From the NCBI RefSeq assembly GCF_004010195.1, contig NC_057730.1, positions 41,327,034 to 41,391,033 on the forward strand: DNA of 64,000 bases. Direction: 5' to 3'. Numbering within the stretch: the first letter of the stretch is position 1; every line of letters starts with the position of its first letter. Below are positions 24,861 through 37,392 of this stretch, piece after piece. The notes beneath the pieces are model-generated. The model searched no databases. It had not been told where the DNA came from and was given only the letters and a program-made list of their open reading frames with translations. The DNA comes from Chiloscyllium plagiosum (taxonomy: Eukaryota). The translations under genes were made by a program, and so were the position numbers.

Positions 24861-25933
24861 TATAGATATGAAATATAAAGATGATTTGATTTTTGCTATT
24901 TGAATTACTATGTGGTTATCACTGCAATGTATATTTCAATTTTAGATTTGTATTCAGCTGCTTGCATTTTTATTTTATTTCTGGCCTCATCTGTCATACA
25001 TCTAGCTCTGGCTTCGATTCTACACTCTTTCTCTCCTTAACTTGTAATGTTACTCACTCTAAATGAGTTGCATTTTCCCCAGGCCCAAAAGTTCAACAAA
25101 CCTTGCCAGCTGTCCAACACAACTGCTAGCCACTGATTATAGACCTCCCTCATCAATTTCTGAATTCCAGCTGTCGTGACTTTGCTTTGCTGTCTAATCA
25201 AGTGGGAGTTTATGACTAGTGAAAACTCACCTATTTAAAGGGAGAAATAAGTCCCTCAGTATCTGTATTAAACAAATCCTTCCCTCATAAAAATCTGATT
25301 AAGCCAAAAAGAAACTGTCCACTTAAAAAGGATATATTCGTCAGCTTCTAAATGTGACCACATAGCAGTTCCACACTTTAATGTTTAGACGAGGTGGCCC
25401 CGAAGACATGCTGTCCTCCCTTCAATTACATTGTCTCCCTGAAACATCTAATTCGTAAAGATGTCTCCAAGCCTGTAGGGTTCAAACCCACTTCTCCTAG
25501 TTTCGGGAGCATACCTATAATTGCAAAGTAACTGGAATTCCCTGGAGGTATGGAGTATAGTTCAGATGTAACTTTTTTTGTTTCCAAGACAGAGATGGAA
25601 CATGTTAGATCCTGAAACTTTACCCTGTTGACAAAACTTTAGTTTGCAAGGCTGTTGTGATTGCAATAATGTTCATTCATCAGAATATGTGACTATAATA
25701 AATTCATGCAGTTACTGGAAGCATTTGTTTTTAATAATGTTACAATTTGCACTTTCTCGCTTATTAATTTTGCACAAAATGAATTGTTTTGAAATGCCAA
25801 GTGTTGTCTCTTTTATAATTATTTATGTAACTGTCCTGGTTTCAGTTTGAAAGTTATATGTCTATTTGATTATTGTTGTCTTAAAATGTTGTGCCTTCCA
25901 CTTGTAATCAATCACTCAAACATTGTGTACCTT

Positions 25934-25939
25934 AATAAA
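25934..25939 (+). terminator. Probable distal polyadenylation signal of SMCR8
   Basis: AATAAA after a U-rich UTR-like tract, followed by a U/GU-rich downstream element; other AATAAA near 19486, 19830 and 24755. Confidence 0.5.
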
Positions 25940-27084
25940 ACGTTTTTGCAGCTCGTCTGTATTGAAGTTTTCCATTTGTGTAATTGAATTACCCTCTGGT
26001 TGTCCAACCAATGTATTCATTATACCTAATTAAGGGAGCAGCTGGAGATCTATTGGTATAAATTTTAAAAATCTTAGTTACTCCTTCAAAGGAGAGGCCA
26101 AACCAGGTGATGGTAGTTGCCAGGTCTTTGTGTGCCAATAAACAGTCCAATGGTCTTAAAGCCAAGTTAGCACAGTTTTTGGAGTTCAAGACATTTTTGT
26201 CAGCCAATATCTATCTTGACCATTTAGACTAACCAATGTGGAGGGGAGCAGGTCAAGAATATCCATGCAAGTTACACATTCTTTTGGTGTGGCCAAGGGA
26301 AACGAAACAGTATGAAGCAGGAGTAGGTTTTGTGTAATGAATCATAAGTTGATTTGTTTTCCCAAGGGTGCTAATGTATTTTGATTGCTGGCCCCTGCTC
26401 CAGAGAAGGAACTCTGTAAAGCATAAGCTCTTAATCAATTGAAATACTGTCAATGTTAGTGACAAGGTATCTTGGATGTGCTTGTTCAGTGCAATGGCAC
26501 ACAATATATTAAGATGTCACCAAGTAGAGTGCCAAGCAGGATGGTTTATGGAACAAAAAATGTGGCCTTTGATGACTAAATTGACCAGCATCTTATTTCT
26601 TAATCATTGAACAGACAACACCTTGATTTCACATCTTATGTGAAGAATAGGAAAGCACCCATCTCATTGTTGTTTATCAACTAAAAAACCATGGCTGAGG
26701 CCAATGCTCCCCAAAGTTACTCCCACTGTGGTCCTACTTAAAGTTTGGAAATTGTCACTACCACTCAGTAAGAGTGTGGTGTGGGGGAGAAAAGGGTATT
26801 AGAGTAAAAAGTATGGGAGGATGAGGCATAAAGATCCACAGCAATCTGCTATCTTGTAAATCTCAGTTTGCAACCCAACATGGGAAATCTTTTTGGGGTT
26901 AAACGTACAACTTTGATTTTCCTCTTTTTTTTTTGCTAGAGTAAAATCCTCAACATAGTCACTATAATCATCCTACTAACATTTCGATATAGTCCATAAT
27001 CATCATCCAGTTCTCTTTCAATTGTGATAAAATACTGGAGAAACTCAACAGATCTTGCATGACTGTACAGAGAGATAATTTGGA

Positions 27085-27375
27085 GATTCTGGTGTTGGAC
27101 TGGAGTGTACAAAGTTAAAAATCGCACAATAGTAGGTTATAGTCCAACAGATTTATTTGGAAGCACTAGTTTTCAGAGCACTGTTCCTTCAACCGTTGGT
27201 TGTGAGGTCGTAAGACACGGGATTTATAGCAAAGGTTTACGGTATGATGTAACTGAAATCAGATATTGAAAAAGACCTGGCTTGTTCAGTCTCTCATCTT
27301 TCAGAATGACCACGTAGGTTTCAGTTGTTAACAATGGGCGCCATGTCGGCCCAGATAATGCATTCAAGGTGTAAG
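27085..27375 (-). mobile_element. Family B Penelope-derived fragment just upstream of the TMEM11 promoter
   Basis: tggtgttggactggagtgtacaaagttaaaaatc..ggttatagtccaacag.. as in 8019-8200 and 31650-31930. Confidence 0.75.
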
Positions 27376-27559
27376 GAGAGAGAAACAGTTACCGTTTCGA
27401 GTCCGGTGTGACTTTTTTTTCTCTTCCAAGAAGTGTGCACACACTAACATCAAACTCGATAATGCAGCTTATATGAAAAGTCTCCACTGAACTCCTTAGT
27501 TCACAAATACAACGCAATGTCCATTCGAACCGCGAAATCTTTGTTCAAAAAGAAGACAA

Positions 27560-28330
27560 ACAGCGACCCGTCGTGGTGTCCTTGCCGCTGATTGGATTGT
27601 TAATGAAGTCCCGCCACGCGGCGTACGGGCACGCGCGAGGCATTATGGGATTTGTAGTCTCCATGTCCCCTTGGGCTCAGCACCTGCCGCCAGAAAGAAA
27701 CTACAAATCCCAGCAGGTCGTCTGTGGCAGCGAGGACGAGGAGAGAAGGAGAGAAAAATTCCTTCCCTGGATGCTGGTAAAAATGGCGGCTTGGGGAAGG
27801 AGGCGCGGTAACACCGGGATGAGGGAAAGGTCAGTACCCGCGTTCTTGCATTTTTTTCCCTTTCTGATCGGATTGAAGGTGCGAAGGCCTCGACACGGTT
27901 TATGACAAGTGTTGCCGCAGCCAACTGATGGCGGCTCGTGTGGTTAAATCGAGCGGAGTGAAGCTTCACATTGGCCGGCCTAACATACAAGCCAGGTGGG
28001 GGCGGTCTCCAAAACTCACTGGGCCTGGGTTTCAATGTAAAAACCAATGGTTTCCTAATGAAACGTGGATGATTTTATCGGTAAATTCCATCGTCCGTGT
28101 TGGGGGAGGGGAGGGTGCCGCTGTTTTGACCCCCAGCTCTTCTGGAAGCTTCCAAATTTGAATGTGCCTGTGGAGTTTGCAACCATGAAGGGATTTGTTT
28201 TTAGGAGTCACGGGGCTGGTGAAGAAGACTTCAAATTGCCTTTTTCTTGGCGGCCTGAGTCTAGATTGGTCGTGAAGTGATGAGATCCTGCACCGTTTGG
28301 TCGTGTGGTTTTAGGCGGAGTTCAGTAACA
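27560..28330 (+). promoter_or_regulatory. TMEM11 CpG-island promoter and first exon/intron region
   Basis: CpG-rich; ATTGG 27591-27595; GC box-like cccgcc ~27610; ZNF143/SBS 27640-27659 (minus) and 27699-27716 (plus); YY1 consensus AAAATGGCGGC overlapping the ATG. Confidence 0.85.
27783..27829 (+). CDS. TMEM11: TMEM11 coding exon 1 (MAAWGRRRGNTGMRE-R)
   Basis: MAAWGRRR..RER is the TMEM11 N-terminus; phase-2 donor AG|gtcagt. Confidence 0.93.
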
Positions 28331-28809
28331 CTTCTGCCCTTGTGGATCTAACAAGTGGAGAGGGAATTCAGTAAATAATTCAGTCACCGAGATTTGTAAT
28401 GTTGCTGACCTCTCTTTATTGCCTCGGGGAAATTGAAGCGAAGGAAAATAGACAAATCTGTAAGTTCTGTTTCGGCTTCCGGGGCTGTTATACAAATAAA
28501 TCTGAGAGATATGAAGAGGTGTAGATTCACATAGTGTAACTTCCATTTATATCATGAGTGTAAATTTAGTTTCTTTCTAATTACGTGGTTATTCTCAATT
28601 TGTCCTGGTTCTAAACTCCATTTTTATAGAAAAGTATTTGTAAAGTGCAGAGCAGAAAATTATTCTGCAAGTTTTGCTGTAGTTAGCAGTTAGTTTGTAG
28701 CAATGAGTGGATGCAACAACTTCATATTTCAAAATCATAATCTTCAGTTGCTGTCAAAGAAATGTCCAATTAATTTCATCCTTCCCCAAAAATGGGCTCA
28801 GTAATGTCA

Positions 28810-28917
28810 GCAGAAAGTGAGGACTGTAGATGCTGGAAATCAGAGTTGAGAGTGTAGTGCTGCAAAAGCGGAGCAGGAGAATTGATGTTTCAGGCATAAG
28901 CCCTTCATCAGGAATTC
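28810..28917 (-). mobile_element. Family A fragment in the TMEM11 intron with a near-intact antisense hammerhead
   Basis: Minus strand gaauuc-CUGAUGA-A-GGGC-UUAU-GCCU-GAAA-C-AUC-aauuc. Confidence 0.7.
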
Positions 28918-28924
28918 TGTTTGG

Positions 28925-29581
28925 GTCTTTGACATTTCCTCCACTTAAAAAAAATATTGACAATCACAATGACTGTAGTTTTAAAATGTTTTGATTATTT
29001 TCACGATAGATTAACAGACTTCCATGGAATAGAGAATATGTCATATGAAAATCTGTACAACCATAAATTTTCTATTTGTGTTTCTGTGTTATACTCACTG
29101 GTTTGCTCCTTTTGAGTTTGTGAAGCTGGAGATTTGGAAGGAGCTATTTTAGTGCTTTTATTTCATCATGGGATGATTCCTAAATCAAGTTTTGCTGTGG
29201 ACAACTTGAGATAAAACAAATAAATAGTAATGTTGCCATTGAACTTTAGGCCCTCACACCTCTATTGTATGCTGCCCAATGGCTAATGAAACATGAACAG
29301 TGATATTAAATTAGTTAAATCAGCATACCATCTCCTGAGGTTTATAAACTATGGGTGTAGAATTAACGACAAACAATCAGTGTCAGTATTCACTGGTTCA
29401 GACTTTGCAATAACGAACTCATGCATGATAGTGGAATTGCCTCCTGTGGAACCTGTGTCTCTCGCCTGTTTTCCACCCAGCTTCCCCCACCCAAAAAAAA
29501 AGGAAGCACCACTTACCCAGTTGTTGTACTCTAATCTCCACTTTCTTTTTGTCTGCGTCTTTGACATTTCCTCCACTTAAA
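28925..29581. repeat. 25-bp perfect direct repeat (28925-28949, 29557-29581) flanking ~600 bp
   Basis: gtctttgacatttcctccacttaaa occurs twice. Confidence 0.85.
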
Positions 29582-31649
29582 TGTTAAACCTTAATGCATT
29601 TAGCTGCATTTCTTTGTAATGAAGTTGTCTGTTTTGTTAACTTGTTGTATTTCAACATGTAAGGTCATACATCTGTAACTTGACATTCACGTGTATCACT
29701 ATTTTGGCAAGCAGCATGTTTGCAGAGTTGTTTTGATGTTGATGTTCAATGGATATGGTTCTGCTTATCTGCACATTACTGTAGTTAAATTTCAACCTTT
29801 CACAGTAAAGTGACTAGTTACTTGATATACCCCTCTATCAGTTGAATGCCAAATTGTTGTCCCAGAAGACATGGAACTTCCTGGAAAGTACCAAGCAACA
29901 CATGGGCTGAGCATGTAATGATCTTGAAACAGCTGGATGTTGAATTCAGACTTAATATTTTGGCCAACAACCTTATCTTTCAATTTATTTGTAAAATAAA
30001 ATATTCTTTATTTGAAATTTAATTGAAAGGGTTATACAAAGACATTAAAAAAACAACCTTTTTGAAAAGCTATCATTATTAGATGATGCATTGCATCTCA
30101 GTAGTTTGAACTAATGCTGTAGTTTGAACTGTATTAACTTTTGATTTGTAGACCTCCCTTCAATAGACTTGTACAGCAAAAATGTTTGTCTCTTTAATCC
30201 TATACACCCAAACAGCTGCTAACCCTAGTCTTTATTGAATATTGAAAATAATCAGTGTATCAGTTGTTACTCTAAAAGTTTTCATGTCCATTTTCATCAA
30301 TATAGTTAATGACATACCCTCTATGCATAAACTTGGAAAGACTTGTGAATTTATGCATAAAATTTCCTGACTGAGCTGAAAATTCTTTTGAAATTGAGGT
30401 TGCAAAAATTATTTATTTGACACAGTCTGATCTTTGCAGTAATGTTTCCATTTTTATCCAGCATTTGAAGACTTCTGTTTAAAATATGTTGCAACAAGCA
30501 GTGGCTTGAGATTTTATTGTTAACCTCTCTACACAACATAAAGTTCCTCTTGGTTATCTTGTTTTATAAGTGCAGGGGTGTCTTTAAGTGTGTCCTACTG
30601 ATTCTGCCCAGACCTTCTTTTGAGCTTTCATTTTTCCTTTCATGGAGCTGGTTGTATGGCCCAATGGTGGATTTCATGGTTAATGTAACTGTCAGCTCAT
30701 TTTCCAAGAATTATTTTCCAAATGAGGAAGCTTGATGATTGGCAGAGGTTGACTTTAGAAGTCATGATTAAGTGATTTAATTATTTTTGTGAGGGTGGTG
30801 AAGTACTTCCTTGGGGGCCAAAAAAGTAAATATAGTAAAAAAATTGGATGAAAAGCTAAAGAACAAAGGAGAAAGTAAGACCAGAATAATATAAATCTGT
30901 ATTGAGTGGGTGAGAAATGAGAGGGATGGCAAATTTAAGAAAAGGGTTTTGGAAATATGTAGACTTGAACATCTTTGAAGTGCTTGGCAATATTGTGTTG
31001 TGGCTGTTGTAATACTACAGGTAATGTTGCCAAATTGAAATTGATGGATTCTATTGATTCTGTAGTGGTGGTGCAATACAACAGTTATATTGTAAACTGT
31101 TCAAATTAGAATTTTAAATTGTATTCAACCTGCAGGAAAAATTTTCTTTTTGATCAGCTAGGCTACAAAGATTTCTCACTATTTCAAAAATAAGTTCTTG
31201 TTTAGAGTTTATCCTGTTTATGGAGAATGTTCACTCCTGCCTTGAAAATGTACCTCACTTAGCTACATGTAAAGTGTTTCACTGTTGCCAAAAGCTTTTT
31301 TTGTGGAGGGCAAAGGGCAGTGACAGAAGCTGATTCTGTTGGAGTTTAACCAATAAAAATGCTTAATACCATATCTATCTTGATAGCACAGAGCATTGGT
31401 AAGTTTCTTTTCTTCTTTTGGCCTATTATGGAATTGGCCTACAGTATTGTCTGGAGCAGAGAGAATGTCAATTCCAAATGACATACCTAATCTTCCACGT
31501 TCTACACATGGCTAAGTTGGTTCAGTCATGCATTAATGTACTGCAGATCCACCAGATAAGAAAATTAGATACCAAAAGGAGGATTGGATAGGATTATGTC
31601 TTTGCTAGACGGTATGTCAGAGCTGCTTGTGAATTACTTCATGTGGACG

Positions 31650-33610
31650 TGCTGGTGTTGGACTGGGGTGAACAAAGTAAAAAATCACATGACATTGGGT
31701 TATAGTCTAACAGGTTTATTTGAAACTGCAAACTTTTGGAGCCCCTATCCATCCTCTGGCAGCTAGTGAGAGAGAATCCATTGGAGACACAATTTATAAG
31801 TAAAACATCAAAGGGCTGTGCAACTTATGCAAATATATTGAACAAATCTCATGGCTTTTAAGTCTTTAATCAGTTAGAATGGGAAGTGCAGGTTTGATGG
31901 ATTAATATGTAAATCTTAGAATTTCTTTCACTGTGTCACTGTGTCATCCCGTTTTCCCCCTCACACTGAGCAAAACACTTAGACACAATATAGTTTTACT
32001 TCCTTCATCTTTATTCCGGGCCCTGGAGGGAGAGAGAATGACCGCCCATGTGCACGGAGATATAAGTTCTCGGTCTTATCTTGAAAAGCAGTTTCTTGTG
32101 GAAATATGTAGACCTTTTTACAGGGAGGAGCATCCAGATAAGGCAACATACATATTAATTGGGTGACCATTACAATCAGTGAGTGTCAATAGTAAAGATT
32201 AAGCTATCTGCTGTTACACAATGAATGTTCTTAACCTTAACTGGCTTCACATAATGAATACTTTTCACTTTGTTAAACTGACCTTACATACTGAATGCTT
32301 CCAATATTAAATGGCTCTCCATAATGAATGTTTTTCCAACTTGTTAACCATTACCCTTGCCTCCAGCACTCTATTGTTGTATTTGCAAATGTTCATTCTC
32401 CCCATAGATTTATATGTGCAGGTGTATGTACATAAAGAGGATGGAGAGAGAGTGTATGTACTGAGAGGGAATATGTTGGAGTGTGAGGGAGTGTATATAT
32501 GTGTGTATGAGAGAGGGTCTGTGTGTGTAATGTGGCAGGATTACCTGTAGCGTGACATGAACCCAAGATTCCAGTTGAGGCCATCCTCATGGGTACCAAA
32601 CATGGCTATCAGCCTCTGTTCAGCAATTCTGTGTTGTTGCATGTTCCGAAGTCCACCTTCAAGGACAGATCTTCAGGTAATTGTCCTCCAAGGTGAACTT
32701 TGGGGCACGCAACAATGCAGATTTGCTGAACAGAAACTGATAGCCATGTTTGGTACCCATGAAGATGGCGTCAACTGGAATCTTGCATTCATGTCACTGT
32801 ACAGGTGACCCAGTCACATTATGCACACTCATACATACGCTCTCTCACAAACATACATAGATCCTCTGTCATCCACTCACTCACTCTCTCATGGGCATAT
32901 ACAGAGGTACCTCGATTATCTGAATGATACAGGAGGGGAGTATTTTGTTCAGATAATCGAATGTTGGATAATACAGTTTAGCCAAGCATCGGGACCTTGC
33001 GATATTCTGATTATCAAGGTTCCTGTGCACTCCCTCGCACTTGCACGCATGCTCTCTCATATATACACTCCATCACAAACTCTCAATCCCTCTCAAGCAC
33101 GCTCTCGTGTGCTCCTCCATCTTCACACGCGCGCACAAATCTAAAGGATCAATTTGTATTTACATTTACCTTCTATTTTGTTCAAAAAACACACAATCTG
33201 TAGCCAGTCAGTGATGCATTTTATAAATTCCTACTTTGAAAATAAAACCAGTCTGACTCCAGTTTGAGATACAAACAGACTTGAAACAAAGCCTCGCACA
33301 TAAATGCATTGTCCAACCTGAGGTGTTACCATCATTCTCATAAAACTTCAAGGCTTATCATGGGTAGCAGTGACTTGAAAGAAATACTGGGATTTACCAA
33401 TTGATCACTCGAAACCTGCACCCCCATTCTAACTGATTAAAGACATAAAAGCCATCTAGCTTTGTTAAATATATCCACATGGGTTGTATGACCTTTGATC
33501 TTCGACTTATAAATTCTCTGTCTGCCTGAGGAAGGAGCAGGGACTCTGGAAGCTTGCGGTTTCAAATAAACCTGTTGGACTGTAACCTGGTGTTGTGTAT
33601 TTTGGCTTTG
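31650..33610. mobile_element. Head-to-head (fold-back) Penelope-like element, family B, with GIY-YIG C-terminal remnant
   Basis: Inverted termini 31650-31930 / 33370-33610; inner palindrome 32545-32810 centred ~32672; ORF 32557-32808 has VLQG..AEQKLIAMFGTHEDGVN, like a PLE endonuclease C-terminus. Confidence 0.8.
32902..33027. mobile_element. Tigger/pogo-like MITE nested in the Penelope-like element
   Basis: TIRs cagaggtacctcgattatctgaa / ttctgattatcaaggttcctgtg, preceded by TA. Confidence 0.7.
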
Positions 33611-33639
33611 AGTGTTCCTTGGTGAGCAGCATAGCTCAT

Positions 33640-33825
33640 AAAGTGCAGTTACATGGCCACCTTCATTCTAGGGCGGGAGTGAATGGAGTTGGGGGCAGGG
33701 TTTCATGAACAGGGAGTAAACTTTTTAAAAACTCCAAGCCTCAGAAGAAAAGCATTTAATCAATTAACCGAATAATCGATTATCTGAACGAAATAGTGCC
33801 CGCCTATCACGTTCGGATAATCGAA
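33640..33825. mobile_element. Related Tigger-like MITE end, cut by a CR1 insertion
   Basis: cgattatctgaacg..cgttcggataatcga matches the 32902-33027 TIR motif; CR1 begins inside it. Confidence 0.5.
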
Positions 33826-34750
33826 GTTTGCAGATGACACCAAAATTGGAGGTGTCGTGGAACTGCTAAAAAGGTTACCGCAAATTACAACAGGATCTTG
33901 ATCAGATGGGCCAGTGGGCTGAGGAGTGGCAGATGGAGTTTACTTTTGATAAATGTGAGGTACTGCATTTTGGGAAAACAAATCTTAGCAGGACTTATAC
34001 ACTTAATGGTAAGGTCCTGATGAGTGTTGCTGAACCAAGAGACCTTGGAGTGCAGGTTCATTGCCTCTTGAAAGTGGAATCTCAGGTAGATAGGATAGTG
34101 AAGAAGGTGTTTGGTATGCTTTACTTTCTTGGTCAGAGTATTGAGTACAGGAGTTGGGAGGTCACGTTGCAGCTGTACAGGAGATTGGTTAGGCTACTTT
34201 TGGAATATTGTCTGCAGTTCTGGTCTCCTTCCTATTTGAACGATTTTGTGAAACTTGAAAGGGTTCGGAAAAGATTTCCTAGGATGTTGCCAGGGTTGGA
34301 GGATCTGAGCTATAGGGAGAGGTTGAACAGGCTAGGACTGTTTTCCCTGGAGTGTCAAAGGCAGAGTGTTGACCTTTATAGAGGTTTATAAAATCATGAG
34401 GGGCATGGATAGGGTAAATGGACAAGGTCTTTTCCCTGGGATGGGGGAAGTCCCGAACTAGAGGGCATAGGTTTAGGTTGAGAGGGGCAAGATATCCAAG
34501 AGACCTAAGGGGCAACATTTTCATGCAGAGGGTGGTGCATATGTGGAATGGGCTGCCAGAGGAAGTGGTGGACACTAGTACAGTTGCAATATTTAAAAGG
34601 CATCTGGATGGGTATATGAATAGAAAGGGTTTGGAGGGGTATGGGCCGGGTACTGGCAGTTGGGACGAGATGGGGTTGGGTTATCTGGTCAGCATGGGTG
34701 AGTTGGTCCAAAGGGTCTGTTTCCATGCTGTATGTCTCTATGACTCTATA
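33824..34750 (+). mobile_element. CR1 LINE 3' fragment in the TMEM11 intron
   Basis: KFADDTK, WAEEWQMEF..KCEVLHFG, LEYCLQFWSP, WNGLPEEVV, FKRHLD; tail ..tctctatgactcta. Confidence 0.93.
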
Positions 34751-35802
34751 CAGGTGAATATATCCCATGAATTCTACTTGCCTATCAATTGCCGCATGCC
34801 TTGAATGCTATGGAAACTTTTACCATTGACAAAATTGAGACTTTTGAACAATATTAAAGTATATGACAAACTTTTAAAATGCAACTTTTAGTTTGGTATT
34901 CTTGCTTCAAGTAGCTTTTTTCCTGGACCCTTGGACTGTGTGGTGGTAATTCTTGCCTCTGCTTTAAAAGATCACAAGTTAGAATTTGATCCTAGGTGAC
35001 AAGCAATGCGTAATCGAGTGTCCTGTTGTCAGGGCTACCTTCTGAGCAAGGTCATATTACATGAAATAGAGATGTGAAATTCTTTAAAAGCAATTTAATG
35101 GATAGAGTGGGAAAAATATTTAAAATGGAGAACAAACATGCTGCCTGTGTCCTTAAAAATAGTTCACTTGTTGATTTAGATGTTCTTCACAGCCTTGGCT
35201 TGGGACACCTTTTAGAGGTTTGAACATCTTGTTAGTTATATCATGTATTTGGGGAATCAAAAGAGGTAGACTGGCTAATAGAGTTGAGGTCACAATCAGA
35301 CTAGCCAAGATCTTAACGATTGGCAGAGCAGGGTCAAGAGTCAGATACCCAACTAAGGCGTAAGGCATAGTGGCAGTGGTAAGCAGTTTTAAAGTGAAAG
35401 CAAACTGTTGTTGTCAGGTTCTGGTGGAGGATTGAAGTCAAGGACTTTTCCAGAAGTCCTAAATTTCACCACTACAGAGCAGCTAAAATTTTAAAAATAT
35501 TTCTTTTGAAACTCATTGTAACTTTTCTCTTCACTGCTCTGTATAGTTTGCAAATATCTTTGCTTGCTGTATTAACATTGAAAAGATCACCGTATCCTCC
35601 TCTACATCTTTGTCTGTGTCTTTCTTTCCTTTAGGCTTTTAGACTTGATGCTTGACATCACTGGTGTTGATTTGCTCTGCCTAAGTGGAAATTGTGTAAT
35701 TAATGACATAATTAGGGAAGGGAAACCTTTTTGAAATTCTTAGGTGTGTCTGTAGATATGAAGAGTTTTATTTTGTTTTGTTTTATCTTATAAACTTTCG
35801 CA

Positions 35803-36140
35803 TCATAGAATCCCTACAGTGTGGAAGGAGGCCATTTGGCCCATCGAGTCTGCAGAGCATCCCACCCAGACCCAGCCCCTCCCACCCTGTCTCTGTGATT
35901 CCACATTTACCATGGCTAGCCTGCTCACCCATGGACACTATGGGACACTTTTTAGCATGGTTAATCCACCTAACCTGCACCATCTTTGGACTGTGGGAAG
36001 AAACTGAAACATTCGGTGAAAATCTTATGTAGACACAGGGAAAACAAGCAAACTCCATATAGTCATTCAAGGGTGGAATTGAACCTGGGTCCCTGGCACT
36101 GAAGCAAAATTACTAACCACTGAGCAACTGTGCTACCTCA
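35803..36140 (-). mobile_element. HE1-like V-SINE
   Basis: Reverse complement of the 9885-10198 type. Confidence 0.82.
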
Positions 36141-36439
36141 TTTTATTTTACTTTTTGTATTGTACACAGCATATTTGTGTCATGTGTCTTTTTTTCTGCA
36201 AGTTTAAATATCTTATTGTGTTCAAATATTGAACCTTGTGATAGAGCATCAATAGTGGCAGTTTTCTAATACTGTTTTTTAGTGGTTGTCATTATGACTA
36301 GAAAATAAGATGCAGTTTGGATAATTTAAGGTTTCAAAATCAAATTTAATCTCTCAAACCTACCTTAAATCTCAAAGTAATTATGATTCTGTACCAGCAA
36401 ATCTCTGAGACACATTTTTTCTGTGTAAAAAGTATTTTC

Positions 36440-36600
36440 AATTTTGCAGTGATTTAAAAACCTTCAGGATGTTTCAAAGCACTTTACTGCAGTGGATTAC
36501 TTTTTGAAGAAAGTTATTGCTCCAGTGTAGGAAACATGGATATAATTTGGATACTGCGAAGCCCCACAAAAGATGTGTGATCAATGAATAGGTCTTATAA
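36440..36600 (-). mobile_element. Ancient Deu-domain-like SINE remnant (similar remnants ~5240-5400, ~34935-35110, ~55610-55835)
   Basis: caaagcactttac..ctttttgaag..tgtaggaaacatgg..aatttg..cccacaaa resembles the DeuSINE core as recalled; highly diverged. Confidence 0.45.
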
Positions 36601-36875
36601 ATCATTGCCCTTTTGTTTTTGAGTGCAAATGATTATAACTTTATTTTTTTTAAAAAAGGCATTGGACCTGAATTTAGGTTGTCAGAACTGCCATGTCATA
36701 TTTTACTGTCCTTTTTTAAGTTAAAGCTTGGAGGGAATGAAGAATTGATGTAAAATTGAAATGCAATTGCTTCTCTGATAATCCAGTCACCATAGAGATA
36801 TAAGGTTGTTGGAAGTCTTGCCTCACCATGTCCCAGTTTGCATATTTCTGATATTTTACCATCTGTCCTCTGCAG

Positions 36876-37392
36876 GGGGCCACTGAATTCAACAGACTGC
36901 TATATTGTCCGTGAAATCTACAATGGGGAGAATGCACAGGAACAATTTGAATATGAGCTGGAGCATGCCTTGGAGACCCAGTACAAGTATATTATTATCG
37001 AGCCAACTCGAATTGGAGATGAGACAGCACGTTGGATCACAGTTGGGAATTGCTTGCATAAAACATCCGTCATTGCAGGATCGGTGTGCCTGTTAGCTCC
37101 TTTAGCACTGGCTCCAGAATATGCTCGTTACATAACCCTTCCTATCGGGGCTGTCAGTGTGGCCTGTGCAGCTCTGTATGGTATTTCTTGGCAATTTGAT
37201 CCTTGCTGCAAATACCAAGTGGAATATGACACATGTAAACTCTCCCGGTTACCCCTGAACACACTCACTTCATCCACGCCCGTGGTTCTGATTAGAAAAG
37301 ATGATATTCACCGGAAAAGACTCCACAACACAATAGCATTGGCAGCCTTGATGTACTGTGTTAAGAAAATTTGTGAGATCTGTGCAGTATGA
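36876..37392 (+). CDS. TMEM11: TMEM11 coding exon 2 (mitochondrial transmembrane protein 11); spliced protein 187 aa
   Basis: Acceptor tgtcctctgcag|G; DCYIVREIYNGENAQEQFEYELE, IEPTRIGDETARWITVGNCLHKT, YGISWQFDPCCKYQVEYD and HRKRLHNTIALAAL match TMEM11. Confidence 0.97.

Noticed and set aside
36838-36875. Single-exon TMEM11 start
   Set aside because: Polypyrimidine tract and acceptor; the real start is at 27783.
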